A DNA stretch of 46,140 nucleotides from a virus (Duplodnaviria > Heunggongvirae > Uroviricota > Caudoviricetes), in the IMG/VR virus record IMGVR_UViG_2693429508_000014, positions 1 to 46,140 of that record; one strand, written 5' to 3'. Every line of letters begins with the position of its first letter. Within the stretch, counting starts at the first letter, position 1. A model generated the notes under the pieces. That model was given only the letters and a program-made list of their open reading frames with translations, made no database searches and was not told the DNA's origin. Both the position numbers and the translations under genes were made by a program. This document shows, piece after piece, positions 27,509 through 39,434 of the stretch.

Positions 27509-29431
27509 GCGCCTGAAAGCGCAGGAAGCCGCAGGCGGCAACCGTATCATCATTGATCAGTTTGTATTTGCAAATATCCCGGATCTGAACATTGCCGACA
27601 CGCCGTCTGAAAACGAACCATTGCCCCCCGATGCACAGATAGTTCACCGCCAGAACGTTGATCGCAACGGAATGGTAAATGAGAACACCGTCGCCTACTC
27701 CGTTACCCTGCCGGAGTCCACGGGTGATTTTACTTTTAACTGGCTGGGTCTGGTAAGCAGCACCACAAATACACTTTGTATGGTGGTATATCTTCACCCT
27801 CAGAAAAAAATAAAAACCGCAGACGGCAAACAGGGTAATACCCTGATTTATTCTGAAATTATGGAATACGCCGGAGCCAGCGCCGCAACCGGCATCACCA
27901 CGCCAGTAAGCACCTGGCAGATTGATTTTACGGCACGGCTTCACGGCATGGACGAGGCCACCCGCAAAGCGGCGCTGGATATCTACGGGCCTGGCCTGTT
28001 CTTTAATAACGCCTTTAAACTCACCGCTCAGGCTACCGGGCAGGCGACCTTCGCGCCGGGTATTGCCTATCTGCGCGGATTACGTGTGGAGCTGGATGAA
28101 CAAGGCACACTGACATACGCCACCGGAATTTCACAAACTGTTTATGTTGACGCGGCATTAACCGGTACCCTGACCGGGGAAAATAAAGCCATATTCAGCC
28201 TGACGAGTCAGAAAACAGCCGACTATACCGACAGTTCAGGATTTGCCCATTATGTCGAACCCATCGCCACAATATCAGACAGTGGCGAGATCACCGATAT
28301 ACGAAAAACCCGCAAACCATTAAATGACCGCCTTGATGGCGAATACCTGACCCGTAACGGGAACCTGAAAGAAATTGCTGACAAAGGTGAACAGGCCCAG
28401 TCTGATGCCAGAAAGCATATGGGCCTCGGCGACAGCGCCACCCTTAATGTTGGCACCGCGCAGGACACTGTAGCCGCAGGTGACGACATCCGCATCACAG
28501 GAGCGCTGCAAAAAAATCAGAACGGAGCAGATATTCCCGATAAACCGCTGTTTATCCAGAACGTTGGTTTACAGGAAACGGTAAACAAGGCTGATAACGC
28601 TGTCCAAAAGACAGGCGATACCTTGTCCGGTGGACTTACTTTTGAAAACGACTCAATCCTCGCCTGGATTCGGAATACTGACTGGGCGAAGATTGGATTT
28701 AAAAATGATGCCGACAGCGATACTGATTCATACATGTGGTTTGAAACAGGTGACAACGGCAATGAGTATTTCAAATGGAGACACCGCCTCGCTGGCGGCC
28801 GGGTTAAAGACCTGATGAATCTTAAATGGGATTCACTAAATATTCTGGTTAATGCCGTCATTAATGGTTGTCTTGGAATTGGTACGACGAATGCGTTAGG
28901 TGGAAGTTCAATCGTTTTAGGAGATAACGATACCGGGTTTAAACAAAATGGCGATGGTCTGCTTGATGTTTATGCGAATGGTCAGCGAGTATTCCGTTTT
29001 CAGAATGGTGTGACTATTGCTTTTAAGAATATTCAGGCCGGAACTGCCAGAAAATTCACGTTATCCAGCGCCAACAACTCCACGAAAAATGCAGCGTTTT
29101 ATTTGTGGGGTAATCCATCCAGGCCTGTTGTTGCAGAGCTTGGTGATGATTCAGGCTGGCATTTTTTCAGCCAGAGGAATACAGATAACAGCATCACGTT
29201 CGCCGTAAACGGACAGGTAATTCCGTTAAATTACGGAAACTTCGATGCCTGCTATAAATATCGAACAGAGGGGGTACAGGATGTACGGTATGGCCATGAA
29301 ATGTATTACACCCCCGGCAGTAACACCGTTTCGTGGACATTTCGCTCACCTTCGGGACACGGGCTGTCAGGGATATCGATATCGGATACCGGCCGTAACT
29401 CAGCGGATAACGTCAACGGTGTGTATTACCG
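27477..29431 (+). CDS. Tail fibre protein (P2 gpH-like), 3' end truncated by the scaffold gap
   Basis: Contains [47 protein letters not shown] and later segments matching P2 gpH as recalled. The true C-terminus is not in this contig; a diverged copy continues at 38969-39433. Confidence 0.75.
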
Positions 29432-29440
29432 NNNNNNNNN
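29432..29440. other. Assembly gap (9 N) joining a P2-type fibre gene to the middle of a lambda J-like gene
   Basis: Run of N. Coding content changes from the gpH-like to the J-like frame with no stop or start. Confidence 0.95.
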
Positions 29441-32400
29441 CGCCTGCTGGTTCAGATACAGCGTAACGGTGGCTGGGTGACGGAAAAAGACATCACCATT
29501 AAGGGCAAAACCACTTCGCAGTATCTGGCCTCGGTGGTGGTGGGTAACCTGCCGCCGCGCCCGTTTAATATCCGGATGCGCAGGATGACACCGGACAGCA
29601 CCACAGACCAGCTGCAGAACAAAACGCTCTGGTCGTCGTACACCGAAATCATCGATGTGAAACAGTGCTACCCGAACACGGCGCTGGTCGGCGTGCAGGT
29701 GGATTCAGAGCAGTTCGGTAACCAGCAGGTGAGTCGCAATTATCATCTTCGCGGGCGCATTCTGCAGGTGCCGTCGAACTATAACCCGCAGACGCGGCAA
29801 TACAGCGGTATCTGGGACGGAACGCTTAAGCCAGCATACAGCAACAACATGGCCTGGTGTCTGTGGGACATGCTCACTCATCCGCGCTACGGCATGGGGA
29901 AACGTCTTGGTGCGGCAGATGTGGACAAATGGGCGCTGTATGTCATCGGCCAGTACTGCGACCAGTCAGTGACGGACGGATTTGGCGGCACGGAGCCGCG
30001 CATCACCTGTAACTCTTACCTGACCACACAGCGTAAGGCGTGGGATGTTCTCAGTGATTTCTGCTCGGCGATGCGCTGTATGCCGGTATGGAACGGACAG
30101 ATGCTGACGTTCGTGCAGGACCGACCGTCGGATAAGGTGTGGACCTATAACCGCAGTAATGTGGTGATGCCGGACGATGGCGCGCCGTTCCGCTACAGCT
30201 TCAGCGCCCTGAAGGACCGCCATAATGCCGTTGAGGTGAACTGGATTGACCCGGATAACGGCTGGGAGACGGCGACAGAGCTTGTGGAGGATACGCAGGC
30301 CATTGTCCGTTACGGTCGTAACGTCACGAAGATGGATGCCTTTGGCTGTACCAGCCGGGGGCAGGCACACCGAGCCGGGCTGTGGCTGATTAAAACGGAA
30401 CTGCTGGAAACGCAGACCGTGGACTTCAGCGTGGGCGCAGAAGGGCTTCGCCATGTACCGGGTGATGTCATTGAAATCTGCGATGATGATTATGCCGGTA
30501 TCAGCACCGGTGGTCGCGTACTGGCGGTGAACAGCCAGACCCGGACGCTGACGCTCGACCGTGAAATCACGCTGCCGTCCTCCGGTACCACGCTGATAAG
30601 CCTGGTTGACGGAAGTGGCAATCCGGTCAGCGTGGAGGTCCAGTCCGTCACCGACGGCGTGAAGGTGAAAGTGAGCCGGGTTCCTGACGGCGTTGCAGAA
30701 TACAGCGTGTGGGGGCTGAAGCTGCCGACGCTGCACCAGCGATTGTTCCGCTGCGTGAGTATCCGTGAGAACGACGACGGCACGTATGCCATCACCGCCG
30801 TGCAGCATGTGCCGGAAAAAGAGGCCATCGTGGATAACGGGGCACACTTTGACGGTGACCGGCGCGGCACGGTGAATGGTGTCACGCCGCCAGCGGTGCA
30901 GCACCTGACTGCCGAAGTCACCGCAGACAGCGGGGAATATCAGGTGCTGGCGCGATGGGACACGCCGAAGGTGGTGAAGGGTGTGAGCTTCCTGCTTCGC
31001 CTGACCGTGGCAGCGGACGACGGCAGTGAGCGGCTGGTCAGCACAGCCAGGACGACGGAAACCACATACCGCTTCAGGCAGCTGGCGCTGGGGAATTACA
31101 GTCTGACAGTCCGGGCGGTAAATGCCCGGGGGCAGCAGGGCGATCCGGCGTCGGTATCGTTCCGGATTGCGGCACCGGCAGCGCCTGTCACTATTGAACT
31201 GATACCGGGGTATTTTCAGATAACGGCGGTCCCGAAACTGGCTGTATATGACCCGACGGTGCAGTTTGAGTTCTGGTTTTCGGAAAAGCGGATTGCGGAT
31301 ATCAGGCAGGTTGAAACCAGCGCCCGCTATCTTGGCACGGCGCTGTACTGGATAGCCGCCAGTATCAATATCAGGCCGGGCCATGATTATTATTTTTACG
31401 TTCGCAGTGTGAACACCGTTGGCAAATCGGCATTTGTGGAGGCCATCGGTCGGGCGAGCGATGATGCAGAAGGTTATCTGAATTTTTATAAAGGGTTGAT
31501 CAATAAAACGCATCTCGGCAAGGAGTTGTGGACGCAGATTGATAACGGTCAGCTTGCGCCGGACCTGACTGAAATCAGGACGTCCATTACGAATGTCAGC
31601 AATGAAATCACGCAAACCGTCAATAAAAAACTGGAAAATCAGAGTGCTGCAATCCAGCAGATACAGAAAGTTCAGGTTGATACAAATAATAACCTGAACA
31701 GCATGTGGGCTGTGAAGCTGCAACAGATGAAGGACGGACGCCTTTATATTGCGGGTATCGGTGCCGGTATTGAGAATACGCCAGCAGGAATGCAGAGTCA
31801 GGTGCTGCTGGCGGCAGACAGGATTGCGATGATTAATCCTGCGAATGGCAACACAAAGCCGATGTTTGTTGGTCAGGGCGATCAGATATTCATGAACGAC
31901 GTGTTCCTGAAATGCCTGACGGCTCCGACCATTACCAGCGGCGGTAATCCTCCGGCATTTTCCCTGACACCTGGCGGACGGCTGACGGCGAAAAATGCCG
32001 ATATCAGCGGTAACGTGAACGCGAACTCCGGGACGCTCAACAACGTCACGATTAATAAGAACTGTCGGGTTCTGGGAAAATTGTCCGCGAACCAGATTGA
32101 AGGCGATCTCGTTAAAACAGTGGGCAAACCTTTCCCACGGGACTCCCGGGCACCGGAGAGGTGGCCATCAGGGACCATTACCGTCAGGGTTTATGACGAT
32201 CAGCCGTTTGATCGGCAAATTGTTATTCCCGCGGTGGCGTTTCGCGGTGCTAAACATGAGCGGAAGAATAACAATATTTATTCGTCATGCCGCCTGATAG
32301 TGAAGAAAAACGGTGCTGAAATTTATAACCGAACGACCCTGGATAATACGCTGATATATACGGGTGTTATTGATATGCCTGCCGGTCACGGTCACATGAC

Positions 32401-32515
32401 GCTGGAGTTTTCTGTATCGGCATGGCTGGTAAATGGCTGGTATCCCACAGCAAGTATCAGCGATTTGCTGGTTGTGGTGATGAAGAAAGCCACTGCAGGC
32501 ATCACGATTAGCTGA
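29441..32515 (+). CDS. J: Lambda J-like host specificity (central tail fibre) protein, 5' partial
   Basis: Open from the first base after the gap. Long stretches ([19 protein letters not shown]..., [30 protein letters not shown]...) match lambda gpJ as recalled; the C-terminal ~150 aa differ from lambda. Confidence 0.9.
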   Translation, partial: RLLVQIQRNGGWVTEKDITIKGKTTSQYLASVVVGNLPPRPFNIRMRRMTPDSTTDQLQNKTLWSSYTEIIDVKQCYPNTALVGVQVDSEQFGNQQVSRNYHLRGRILQVPSNYNPQTRQYSGIWDGTLKPAYSNNMAWCLWDMLTHPRYGMGKRLGAADVDKWALYVIGQYCDQSVTDGFGGTEPRITCNSYLTTQRKAWDVLSDFCSAMRCMPVWNGQMLTFVQDRPSDKVWTYNRSNVVMPDDGAPFRYSFSALKDRHNAVEVNWIDPDNGWETATELVEDTQAIVRYGRNVTKMDAFGCTSRGQAHRAGLWLIKTELLETQTVDFSVGAEGLRHVPGDVIEICDDDYAGISTGGRVLAVNSQTRTLTLDREITLPSSGTTLISLVDGSGNPVSVEVQSVTDGVKVKVSRVPDGVAEYSVWGLKLPTLHQRLFRCVSIRENDDGTYAITAVQHVPEKEAIVDNGAHFDGDRRGTVNGVTPPAVQHLTAEVTADSGEYQVLARWDTPKVVKGVSFLLRLTVAADDGSERLVSTARTTETTYRFRQLALGNYSLTVRAVNARGQQGDPASVSFRIAAPAAPVTIELIPGYFQITAVPKLAVYDPTVQFEFWFSEKRIADIRQVETSARYLGTALYWIAASINIRPGHDYYFYVRSVNTVGKSAFVEAIGRASDDAEGYLNFYKGLINKTHLGKELWTQIDNGQLAPDLTEIRTSITNVSNEITQTVNKKLENQSAAIQQIQKVQVDTNNNLNSMWAVKLQQMKDGRLYIAGIGAGIENTPAGMQSQVLLAADRIAMINPANGNTKPMFVGQGDQIFMNDVFLKCLTAPTITSGGNPPAFSLTPGGRLTAKNADISGNVNANSGTLNNVTINKNCRVLGKLSANQIEGDLVKTVGKPFPRDSRAPERWPSGTITVRVYDDQPFDRQIVIPAVAFRGAKHERKNNNIYSSCRLIVKKNGAEIYNRTTLDNTLIYTGVIDMPAGHGHMTLEFSVSAWLVNGWYPTASISDLLVVVMKKATAGITIS

Positions 32516-32582
32516 ATTTTATAACCCAGATACGGGCACCAGAAATGGTGCCTTTTTTATTGCAGAAAAGCGAGAGGTAATT

Positions 32583-32765
32583 ATGCGTAAAGTTTGTGCA
32601 GCCATTTTGTCCGCAGCCATCTGTCTGGCCGTATCCGGTGCGCCTGCATGGGCGTCTGAACATCAGTCCACGCTGAGCGCCGGGTATCTTCAGACCCATA
32701 CTGATATGCCAGGCAGCGATGACCTGAAGGGCATTAACGTGAAATACCGTTATGAGTTTACGGAC
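32583..32765 (+). pseudogene. lom: lom-like outer membrane protein gene, 5' fragment cut at the N at 32766
   Basis: The first 61 codons (MRKVCAAILSAAICLAVSGAPAWASEHQ...) are nearly identical to the intact lom at 33701; the frame is interrupted at the N and joined to J-like sequence. Confidence 0.6.
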
Positions 32766-32766
32766 N

Positions 32767-33633
32767 GCAATCCAGCAGATACAGAAGGTTCAGGTTGATA
32801 CAAATAATAACCTGAACAGCATGTGGGCTGTGAAGCTGCAACAGATGAAGGACGGACGCCTTTATATTGCGGGTATCGGTGCCGGTATTGAGAATACGCC
32901 AGCAGGAATGCAGAGTCAGGTGCTGCTGGCGGCAGACAGGATTGCGATGATTAATCCTGCGAATGGCAACACAAAGCCGATGTTTGTTGGTCAGGGCGAT
33001 CAGATATTCATGAACGACGTGTTCCTGAAACGCCTGACGGCTCCCACCATTACCAGCGGCGGTAATCCTCCGGCATTTTCCCTGACACCGGACGGAAAAC
33101 TGACCGCTAAAAATGCAGATATCAGTGGCAGTGTGAATGCGAACGCCGGGACGCTCAACAATGTCACAATTAATGAGAACTGTCAGATTAAGGGGAAACT
33201 GTCAGCCAACCAGATTGAAGGCGATATAGTCAAAACAGTGGGTAAGGCTTTTCCGCGGGACTCCCGGGCACCGGAGCGGTGGCCATCAGGGACCATTACC
33301 GTCAGGATTTATGACGATCAGCCTTTTGACAGGCAAATTGTTATTCCGGCGGTGGCATTCAGCGGCGCTAAACATGAGCGGGAGAATAACGATATTTATT
33401 CGTCATGCCGCCTGATAGTACGGAAAAACGGTGCTGAAATTTATAACCGTACCGCGCTGGATAATACGCTGATTTACAGTGGTGTTATTGATATGCCAGC
33501 TGGTCGCGGCCACATGACGCTGGAGTTTTCGGTGTCAGCATGGCTGGTGAATAACTGGTATCCCACAGCAAGTATCAGCGATTTGCTGGTTGTGGTGATG
33601 AAGAAAGCCACCGCAGGCATCAGTATCAGCTGA
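32767..33633 (+). CDS. Second, diverged copy of the J-like 3' end (5' partial, starts at the N join)
   Basis: Roughly 90-95% nucleotide identity by eye to 31649-32515; encodes an alternative J C-terminal receptor-binding region ending ...[10 protein letters not shown]. Confidence 0.7.
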   Translation, partial: AIQQIQKVQVDTNNNLNSMWAVKLQQMKDGRLYIAGIGAGIENTPAGMQSQVLLAADRIAMINPANGNTKPMFVGQGDQIFMNDVFLKRLTAPTITSGGNPPAFSLTPDGKLTAKNADISGSVNANAGTLNNVTINENCQIKGKLSANQIEGDIVKTVGKAFPRDSRAPERWPSGTITVRIYDDQPFDRQIVIPAVAFSGAKHERENNDIYSSCRLIVRKNGAEIYNRTALDNTLIYSGVIDMPAGRGHMTLEFSVSAWLVNNWYPTASISDLLVVVMKKATAGISIS

Positions 33634-33700
33634 ATTTTATAACCCATATACGGGCGCCAGAAATGGCGCCTTTTTTATTGCAGAAAAGCGAGAGGTAATT

Positions 33701-34300
33701 ATGCGTAAAGTTTGTGCAGCCATTTTGTCCGCAGCCATCTGTCTGTCCGTATCCGGTGCGCCTGCATGGGCGTCTGAACATCAGTCCACACTGAGCGCGG
33801 GGTATCTTCATGCCCGTACGAACGCTCCCGGCAGCGATAATCTGAACGGGATTAACGTGAAATACCGTTATGAGTTTACGGACGCGCTGGGGCTGATTAC
33901 GTCCTTCAGTTATGCCAATGCTGAGGATGAGCAAAAAACGCACTACAGCGATACCCGCTGGCATGAAGATTCCGTGCGTAACCGCTGGTTCAGCGTGATG
34001 GCGGGGCCGTCTGTACGCGTGAATGAATGGTTCAGCGCGTATGCGATGGTGGGTGTGGCTTACAGCCGTGTGTCGACTTTCTCCGGGGATTATCTCCGCG
34101 TAACTGACAACAAGGGGAAAACGCACGATGTGCTGACCGGAAGTGATGACGGTCGCCACAGCAACACGTCTCTGGCGTGGGGGGCTGGCGTGCAGTTTAA
34201 CCCGACCGAATCCGTGACCATTGACCTTGCTTATGAAGGTTCCGGTAGTGGTGACTGGCGAACGGATGCATTTATTGTTGGTATCGGATACCGTATCTGA
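33701..34300 (+). CDS. lom: Lom / Ail / PagC-family outer membrane beta-barrel protein
   Basis: 199 aa with signal peptide MRKVCAAILSAAICLSVSGAPAWA, alternating beta-strand pattern and a C-terminal aromatic residue (GYRI); in the lambda position downstream of J. Confidence 0.85.
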   Translation: MRKVCAAILSAAICLSVSGAPAWASEHQSTLSAGYLHARTNAPGSDNLNGINVKYRYEFTDALGLITSFSYANAEDEQKTHYSDTRWHEDSVRNRWFSVMAGPSVRVNEWFSAYAMVGVAYSRVSTFSGDYLRVTDNKGKTHDVLTGSDDGRHSNTSLAWGAGVQFNPTESVTIDLAYEGSGSGDWRTDAFIVGIGYRI

Positions 34301-34451
34301 CAACAGACGCCGATTTATCTTCTGTAAATATTGTTATGATACGCAGGTTCATCCACCTTATGGGGTGAACTGCGTTTGAGGAAACGTAAAGTTACACTGT
34401 CCTGAAGCCCGTGGCGTCACTGCTGCGGGCTTTTTTTATTGGTGGAAAAGT

Positions 34452-37208
34452 ATGACAGTAAAAATTTCTGGCGTGCTTAAAGATGGCACAGGAAAACCAG
34501 TACAGAACTGCACCATTGTGCTGAAGGCCAGACGAACCAGCAGCACGATGGTGGTGAACACGGTGGCCTCTGAAAATCCGGATGAAGCCGGACGTTACAG
34601 CATGGATGTTGAGCATGGTCAGTACAGCGTCACCCTGCTGGTTGAAGGTTTTCCGCCTTCACATGCCGGGACCATTACCGTCTATGAAGGTTCCAGACCA
34701 GGTACGCTGAATGATTTTCTCGGTGCCATGACGGAGGATGATGTCCGACCGGAGGCACTGCGCCGCTTTGAGCAGATGGTGGAAGAGGTGTCACGTAACG
34801 CCTCCGCGGTTGCACAGAATACGGCAGCCGCGAAAAAATCAGCCAGCGAGGCGGCAACTCATGCAACCGATGCTGCAGCCTCAGCACGTGCCGCCAGCAC
34901 GTCAGCCGGACAGGCCGCGTCGTCGGCTCAGTCAGCGTCTTCCAGCGCAGGAACGGCATCGACAAAGGCCCGTGAAGCAGCAAAAAGTGCTGCTGCAGAG
35001 TCATCAAAAAGCGCGGCAGCTACCAGCGCCAGTGCCGCGAAAACGTCAGAAACGAATGCCGCAGCATCACAAAAATCGGCAGCCACTTCTGCATCCACAG
35101 CGACCACGAAGGCGTCAGAAGCTGCCACCTCGGCACGGGGTGCGGCGGCCTCAAAAGAGGCAGCGAAATCTTCAGAAACGAATGCATCATCAAGTGCCAG
35201 TAGTGCAGCTTCCTCGGCAACGGCGGCAGGAAATTCCGCGAAGGCGGCAAAAACGTCCGAGACGAACGCTAAGTCTTCTGAAACAGCAGCGGGACAGAGC
35301 GCCTCAGCTGCGGCAGGTTCAAAAACAGCGGCTGCATTATCTGCCAGTGCCGCGTCAACAAGTGCCGGGCAGGCCTCAGCCAGTGCCACCGCCGCCGGAA
35401 AATCGGCAGAAAGCGCCGCATCATCCGCTTCAACAGCCACAACGAAGGCTGGCAAAGCCACTGAGCAAGCCACTGCAGCAGCGAGGTCTGCTTCTGCAGC
35501 AAAAACCTCTGAAACAAATGCAAAGACTTCAGCAGACAATGCTGCTTCCTCTAAGGCAGCAGCCGCATCGTCAGCCAGTTCAGCGGCGTCATCGGCATCA
35601 TCTGCGTCTGCTTCAAAAGATGAGGCGACCAGACAAGCGTCAGCAGCGAAAGGTAGTGCCACGACAGCAACAACGAAAGCATCAGAGGCGGCAGGCAGTG
35701 CGACGGCTGCATCTCAGAGCAAAGTTGCTGCTGAATCCGCGGCAACGCGCGCCGAGACAGCAGCAAAACGGGCAGAGGATATTGCATCCGCCGTGGCGCT
35801 GGAGGATGCGAGCACGACGAAAAAGGGGATAGTACAGCTCAGCAGTGCGACCAACAGCACTTCCGAGTCACTGGCGGCAACGCCAAAAGCGGTTAAGGCG
35901 GTAATGGGTGAAACGAACAAGAAAGCGCCCTTAAATAGTCCTGCACTGACCGGAACGCCAACAACACCAACTGCGCGACAGGGAACGAATAATACCCAAA
36001 TCGCAAGCACGGCTTTCGTTATGGCTGCGATTGCCGCCCTTGTAGATTCGTCACCTGATGCACTGAACACGCTGAACGAGCTGGCTGCGGCGCTGGGCAA
36101 CGACCCGAATTTTGCGACCACCATGACTAACGCGCTTGCGGGTAAGCAACCGAAAGATGCCACCCTGACGGCGCTGGCCGGACTTACTACTGCGGCAGGC
36201 AAGTTTCCGTATTTTACGGGGAATGATGTCGCCAGCCTGGCAACCCTGACAAAAGTCGGGCGGGATATTCTTGCGAAATCGACCGTTGCTGCCGTTATCG
36301 AATACCTCGGTTTACAGGAAACGGTAAACAAGGCTGGTAACGCCGTTCAGCGTTCCGGCGATAAAATGACCGGAGAACTGAAAATTGGCACGGTGAATGC
36401 GCTGCGAATTTTCAATGATACCTTCGGTCTAATTTTCCGTCGTTCAGAAGATTTTCTTCATTTCATTCCGACGGCTGAAGGACAAGGCGAAAACGGTAAT
36501 ATCGGCCCATTAAGGCCATTCGCTATAAATCTGAGAACAGGTGCTATATCTGTCAGCCACGGGGCCAAAATTAAAGGAGGTCTAGCTATTGGAGCTACTG
36601 ATAACGCACTGGGTGAAAACTCCATTGTTCTGGGAGATAACGACACCGGATTTAGGCAAGATGGAGATGGTATTATTAGCTTCTATTCAAATGGTTCGCG
36701 CATCGGACATATTGATGAGTTAGGATTACATCTTTATAAAGATATTGAATCTAATGGCAGCAATTTTAGATTAAAAAGTAATTACCGCCACCACATTACA
36801 TTCGCCAACGAAGACGGAAGAATTCGTATGTTTTTGTGGAAAGATAACGGTGGTGATGGTGTTCATATTAATAACGGTTCAGATGGTGGTGGTGATTTCA
36901 TTTTTAAAACAGATGGGGGATTTGCGCTGGGAAGTGGTGCGCAAGTTGCGTCTAGTGGCGATATTTATGGTTCAGTGTGGGAAAACAACTGGTTAAGCAC
37001 ATGGCTGCATAATCATGTCGTTCGGGATATTCGTCTTGGCAGCATTGAATATAAAAACGTATGGCGCGACTACGGCTTTGGCGATGCGTCAGGTTATGTT
37101 TTAACAGCCGCAATTAACAGCAATGCGGATGATATTGTCGACACTGTTGCCAGAAGGCCAATTCAGAAATTGATTGGGGGAATATGGTACAACGTGGGGA
37201 GTGTTTAA
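34452..37208 (+). CDS. stf: Side tail fibre protein (lambda Stf-like N-terminus, mosaic C-terminus)
   Basis: N-terminus [28 protein letters not shown]... matches lambda Stf as recalled. Long Ala/Ser/Thr-rich repeats. Conserved fibre block [29 protein letters not shown]...[15 protein letters not shown]. Ends [16 protein letters not shown]. Confidence 0.85.
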   Translation: MTVKISGVLKDGTGKPVQNCTIVLKARRTSSTMVVNTVASENPDEAGRYSMDVEHGQYSVTLLVEGFPPSHAGTITVYEGSRPGTLNDFLGAMTEDDVRPEALRRFEQMVEEVSRNASAVAQNTAAAKKSASEAATHATDAAASARAASTSAGQAASSAQSASSSAGTASTKAREAAKSAAAESSKSAAATSASAAKTSETNAAASQKSAATSASTATTKASEAATSARGAAASKEAAKSSETNASSSASSAASSATAAGNSAKAAKTSETNAKSSETAAGQSASAAAGSKTAAALSASAASTSAGQASASATAAGKSAESAASSASTATTKAGKATEQATAAARSASAAKTSETNAKTSADNAASSKAAAASSASSAASSASSASASKDEATRQASAAKGSATTATTKASEAAGSATAASQSKVAAESAATRAETAAKRAEDIASAVALEDASTTKKGIVQLSSATNSTSESLAATPKAVKAVMGETNKKAPLNSPALTGTPTTPTARQGTNNTQIASTAFVMAAIAALVDSSPDALNTLNELAAALGNDPNFATTMTNALAGKQPKDATLTALAGLTTAAGKFPYFTGNDVASLATLTKVGRDILAKSTVAAVIEYLGLQETVNKAGNAVQRSGDKMTGELKIGTVNALRIFNDTFGLIFRRSEDFLHFIPTAEGQGENGNIGPLRPFAINLRTGAISVSHGAKIKGGLAIGATDNALGENSIVLGDNDTGFRQDGDGIISFYSNGSRIGHIDELGLHLYKDIESNGSNFRLKSNYRHHITFANEDGRIRMFLWKDNGGDGVHINNGSDGGGDFIFKTDGGFALGSGAQVASSGDIYGSVWENNWLSTWLHNHVVRDIRLGSIEYKNVWRDYGFGDASGYVLTAAINSNADDIVDTVARRPIQKLIGGIWYNVGSV

Positions 37209-37209
37209 G

Positions 37210-37737
37210 ATGATGCACCTGAAAAATATTAAGGCCGGGAATCCGAAAACACCGGAACAATACCAGCTAACTAAAAAAGCGGGCGTGGTATGGCTCTTTT
37301 GCGAAGATGGCAAAAACTGGTATGAGGAACAAAAGAATTTTCAGCCAGACACCATAAAAATTGCTTACGATGAGAACAACATCATCGTTGCTGTCAGTAA
37401 AGACGTTTCAACTATTAATCCTGAAGGGCTAAGCATAGTTGAAGTTCCTGATATTACGGCAAATCGTCACGCAGACAATAACGGAAAATGGATGTTTCTG
37501 GATGGTAAAGTAGTAAAGAGGGAATATACAGAACAGGAACTGCAACAACAGGCCGAATCACAAAAGGCCGCATTGCTTTCCGAAGCTGAATCAGTCATCC
37601 AGCCGCTGGAACGCGCTGTCAGGCTGAATATGGCAACAGACGAGGAACGCACACGACTGGAAGCATGGGAACGCTACAGTGTTCTGGTCAGCCGTGTGGA
37701 TACGGCAAATCCTGAATGGCCACAAAAGCCTGAATAA
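37210..37737 (+). CDS. tfa: Tail fibre assembly protein
   Basis: Starts [23 protein letters not shown], 2 nt after the stf stop; paralogous to 37766-38299 and 39435-39962. Confidence 0.8.
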   Translation: MMHLKNIKAGNPKTPEQYQLTKKAGVVWLFCEDGKNWYEEQKNFQPDTIKIAYDENNIIVAVSKDVSTINPEGLSIVEVPDITANRHADNNGKWMFLDGKVVKREYTEQELQQQAESQKAALLSEAESVIQPLERAVRLNMATDEERTRLEAWERYSVLVSRVDTANPEWPQKPE

Positions 37738-37742
37738 AAATT

Positions 37743-37762
37743 AAGGCCCGATAGCGGGCCTT
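37743..37762. terminator. Hairpin between the convergent tfa genes (likely terminator, strongest for the minus-strand transcript)
   Basis: Perfect 8-bp stem AAGGCCCG / CGGGCCTT with loop ATAG; the T-rich tract lies on the minus-strand side. Confidence 0.35.
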
Positions 37763-37765
37763 CTC

Positions 37766-38299
37766 TCATTCTGGTTGTTCGGGAAACGTTACTGGCAGGC
37801 TGGAGGTGTCTGTGGATTCAACCTTCTGCGCATAGAGCATCCACTCGGTTAATTTTTGTTTATTCTCATCGGAAATGATGCCCAGCTGTAGCTGAGAGTC
37901 CCACAGCTGGGTTTTATCCCTGACGAGCTGCAGCAGGCTCTGCTTTTCATTTTCCGCTTGTTGCCTTTGCTCTTCCTCGGTATAAGTTCGCTTTATCACC
38001 GCACCATCTTTGAACATCCAGTTGCCCGAAATATCAGCCCGGCGATTTGCTGTAATATCAGGCAACTCAACGACACTTAAACCTTCTGGATTAATTGCTG
38101 ATACATCCTTGTCTATAGCAATAATTATTCCCTCAACTGTGTAAGCCAGTTTTATTGTATCCTCCTGAAAGTTTTTTAATTCCTCATGCCAATTTTTTCC
38201 ATCTTCGGACCATAACCAGATAACATCAAAATTCTTTGTTAGCTGGTATTGTTCAACGGTTTTTGGATTACCTGCGACAATGTTTTTTAAATGCTGCAT
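37766..38299 (-). CDS. tfa: Tail fibre assembly protein (inverted orientation)
   Basis: 177 aa starting [23 protein letters not shown]; paralogue of the plus-strand tfa genes; convergent with tfa at 37210. Confidence 0.8.
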   Translation of the reverse strand: MQHLKNIVAGNPKTVEQYQLTKNFDVIWLWSEDGKNWHEELKNFQEDTIKLAYTVEGIIIAIDKDVSAINPEGLSVVELPDITANRRADISGNWMFKDGAVIKRTYTEEEQRQQAENEKQSLLQLVRDKTQLWDSQLQLGIISDENKQKLTEWMLYAQKVESTDTSSLPVTFPEQPE

Positions 38300-38301
38300 G
38301 A

Positions 38302-38964
38302 TTATACCTGCGATACGTTATACCATGTTCCGTTAATTAACTTTTGTATTGGTCTGAATACTGCCGGATCATCACCATCGACTTCACCGATAATACCAAG
38401 CCCCGTGATTACATGGCCTGATTTTTCATACATCACGCCTTTCTTCATGGTCTGAACAACTCGTGTGCCAAGTCTGACATCTCTCACATAGCGGGAATCA
38501 AAGTTACCGTAATCCGAGGGATTAACACGTCCCGTAATATTTATGGTTTTATTACTTTGAATGCTTCCGGAGACAAAGCGCATAACATGGACGTTATTAG
38601 CATAAACATCCAGATTACCATCGCCTTTTTGTTTAAAGCCCGTGTCATTATCACCCAATACAATCGAATTACCGCCAAGAGCACTGGATGTTCCGATACC
38701 CAGTGCACCATTCAGTTGACCACCAGATAACGGCAGTGCACCAACATCTCCTGCTGAAGGTTTTCTGGTGGTGTAAAATTCGGACCAGTCGGCTTCAAAA
38801 CCATAACCATCACGGGCTGAACGATAAAAAATACCGCCATTTTTATAATTAATCCGAAACTGAGCTGCAGGACAACTTCCTTCTCCCATATAAAAATGAA
38901 TAATTAACGTTGATGCACCACTAATAGTTGCGTTATAGGCTCCGCTACTCCAGTTCCATCCAAC
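38302..38964 (-). CDS. Tail fibre C-terminal (variable) segment, inverted orientation, 5' truncated at the N at 38966
   Basis: Reading frame open to the gap. C-terminal sequence ...[19 protein letters not shown]...[28 protein letters not shown] closely matches the P2 gpH C-terminus as recalled. Confidence 0.7.
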   Translation of the reverse strand, partial: VGWNWSSGAYNATISGASTLIIHFYMGEGSCPAAQFRINYKNGGIFYRSARDGYGFEADWSEFYTTRKPSAGDVGALPLSGGQLNGALGIGTSSALGGNSIVLGDNDTGFKQKGDGNLDVYANNVHVMRFVSGSIQSNKTINITGRVNPSDYGNFDSRYVRDVRLGTRVVQTMKKGVMYEKSGHVITGLGIIGEVDGDDPAVFRPIQKLINGTWYNVSQV

Positions 38965-38968
38965 TNTT

Positions 38969-39433
38969 GCTTTTAAGAATATTCAGGCCGGAACTGCCAG
39001 AAAATTCACGTTATCCAGCGCCAACAACTCCACGAAAAATGCAGCGTTTTATTTGTGGGGTAATCCATCCAGGCCTGTTGTTGCAGAGCTTGGTGATGAT
39101 TCAGGCTGGCATTTTTTCAGCCAGAGGAATACAGATAACAGCATAGTGTTCACTGTTAACGGACAGGTAATTCCGTTAAATTACGGAAACTTCGATGCCC
39201 GCTATAAACATCGAACTGAGGGGGTACAGGATGTGCGGTATGGCCATGAAATGTATTACAACCCTGGCAGCAACACCGTTTCATGGACGTTTCGCTCACC
39301 TTCGGGACACGGGCTGTCAGGGATATCGATATCGGATACCGGCCGTAACTCAGCGGATAACGTCAACGGCGTGTATTACCGACCGCTGCAAAAACTGATT
39401 AATGGCACCTGGTATAACGTAGCGAGTATTTAA
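38969..39433 (+). CDS. Tail fibre C-terminal segment (gpH-like), 5' truncated at the N at 38966
   Basis: About 96% identical by eye to 29018-29431 (about 15 substitutions) and extends it to a proper C-terminus ...[17 protein letters not shown]. Confidence 0.7.
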   Translation, partial: AFKNIQAGTARKFTLSSANNSTKNAAFYLWGNPSRPVVAELGDDSGWHFFSQRNTDNSIVFTVNGQVIPLNYGNFDARYKHRTEGVQDVRYGHEMYYNPGSNTVSWTFRSPSGHGLSGISISDTGRNSADNVNGVYYRPLQKLINGTWYNVASI

Positions 39434-39434
39434 T

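Noticed and set aside
27477-29480. 667-aa ORF reading through the N run into ...[12 protein letters not shown]
   Set aside because: The continuation after the Ns is J-like sequence read out of frame; the apparent C-terminus is an artefact of the gap.
29966-31723. 585-aa minus-strand ORF
   Set aside because: Entirely antisense to the strongly supported J-like gene; a long open frame by chance, with no independent start context.
34800-35800. Repetitive DNA that could be mistaken for a CRISPR array or tandem non-coding repeat
   Set aside because: The repeats are imperfect, in-frame and encode the Ala/Ser-rich fibre shaft; no spacer/repeat periodicity and no cas genes.
34738-35832. 364-aa Arg/Pro/Gln-rich ORF on the plus strand, and a 244-aa Ala-rich ORF on the minus strand (34928-35662)
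   Set aside because: Both are alternative-frame or antisense readings of the Ala/Ser-rich repeat region of stf; extreme low complexity and full overlap with a well-supported gene.
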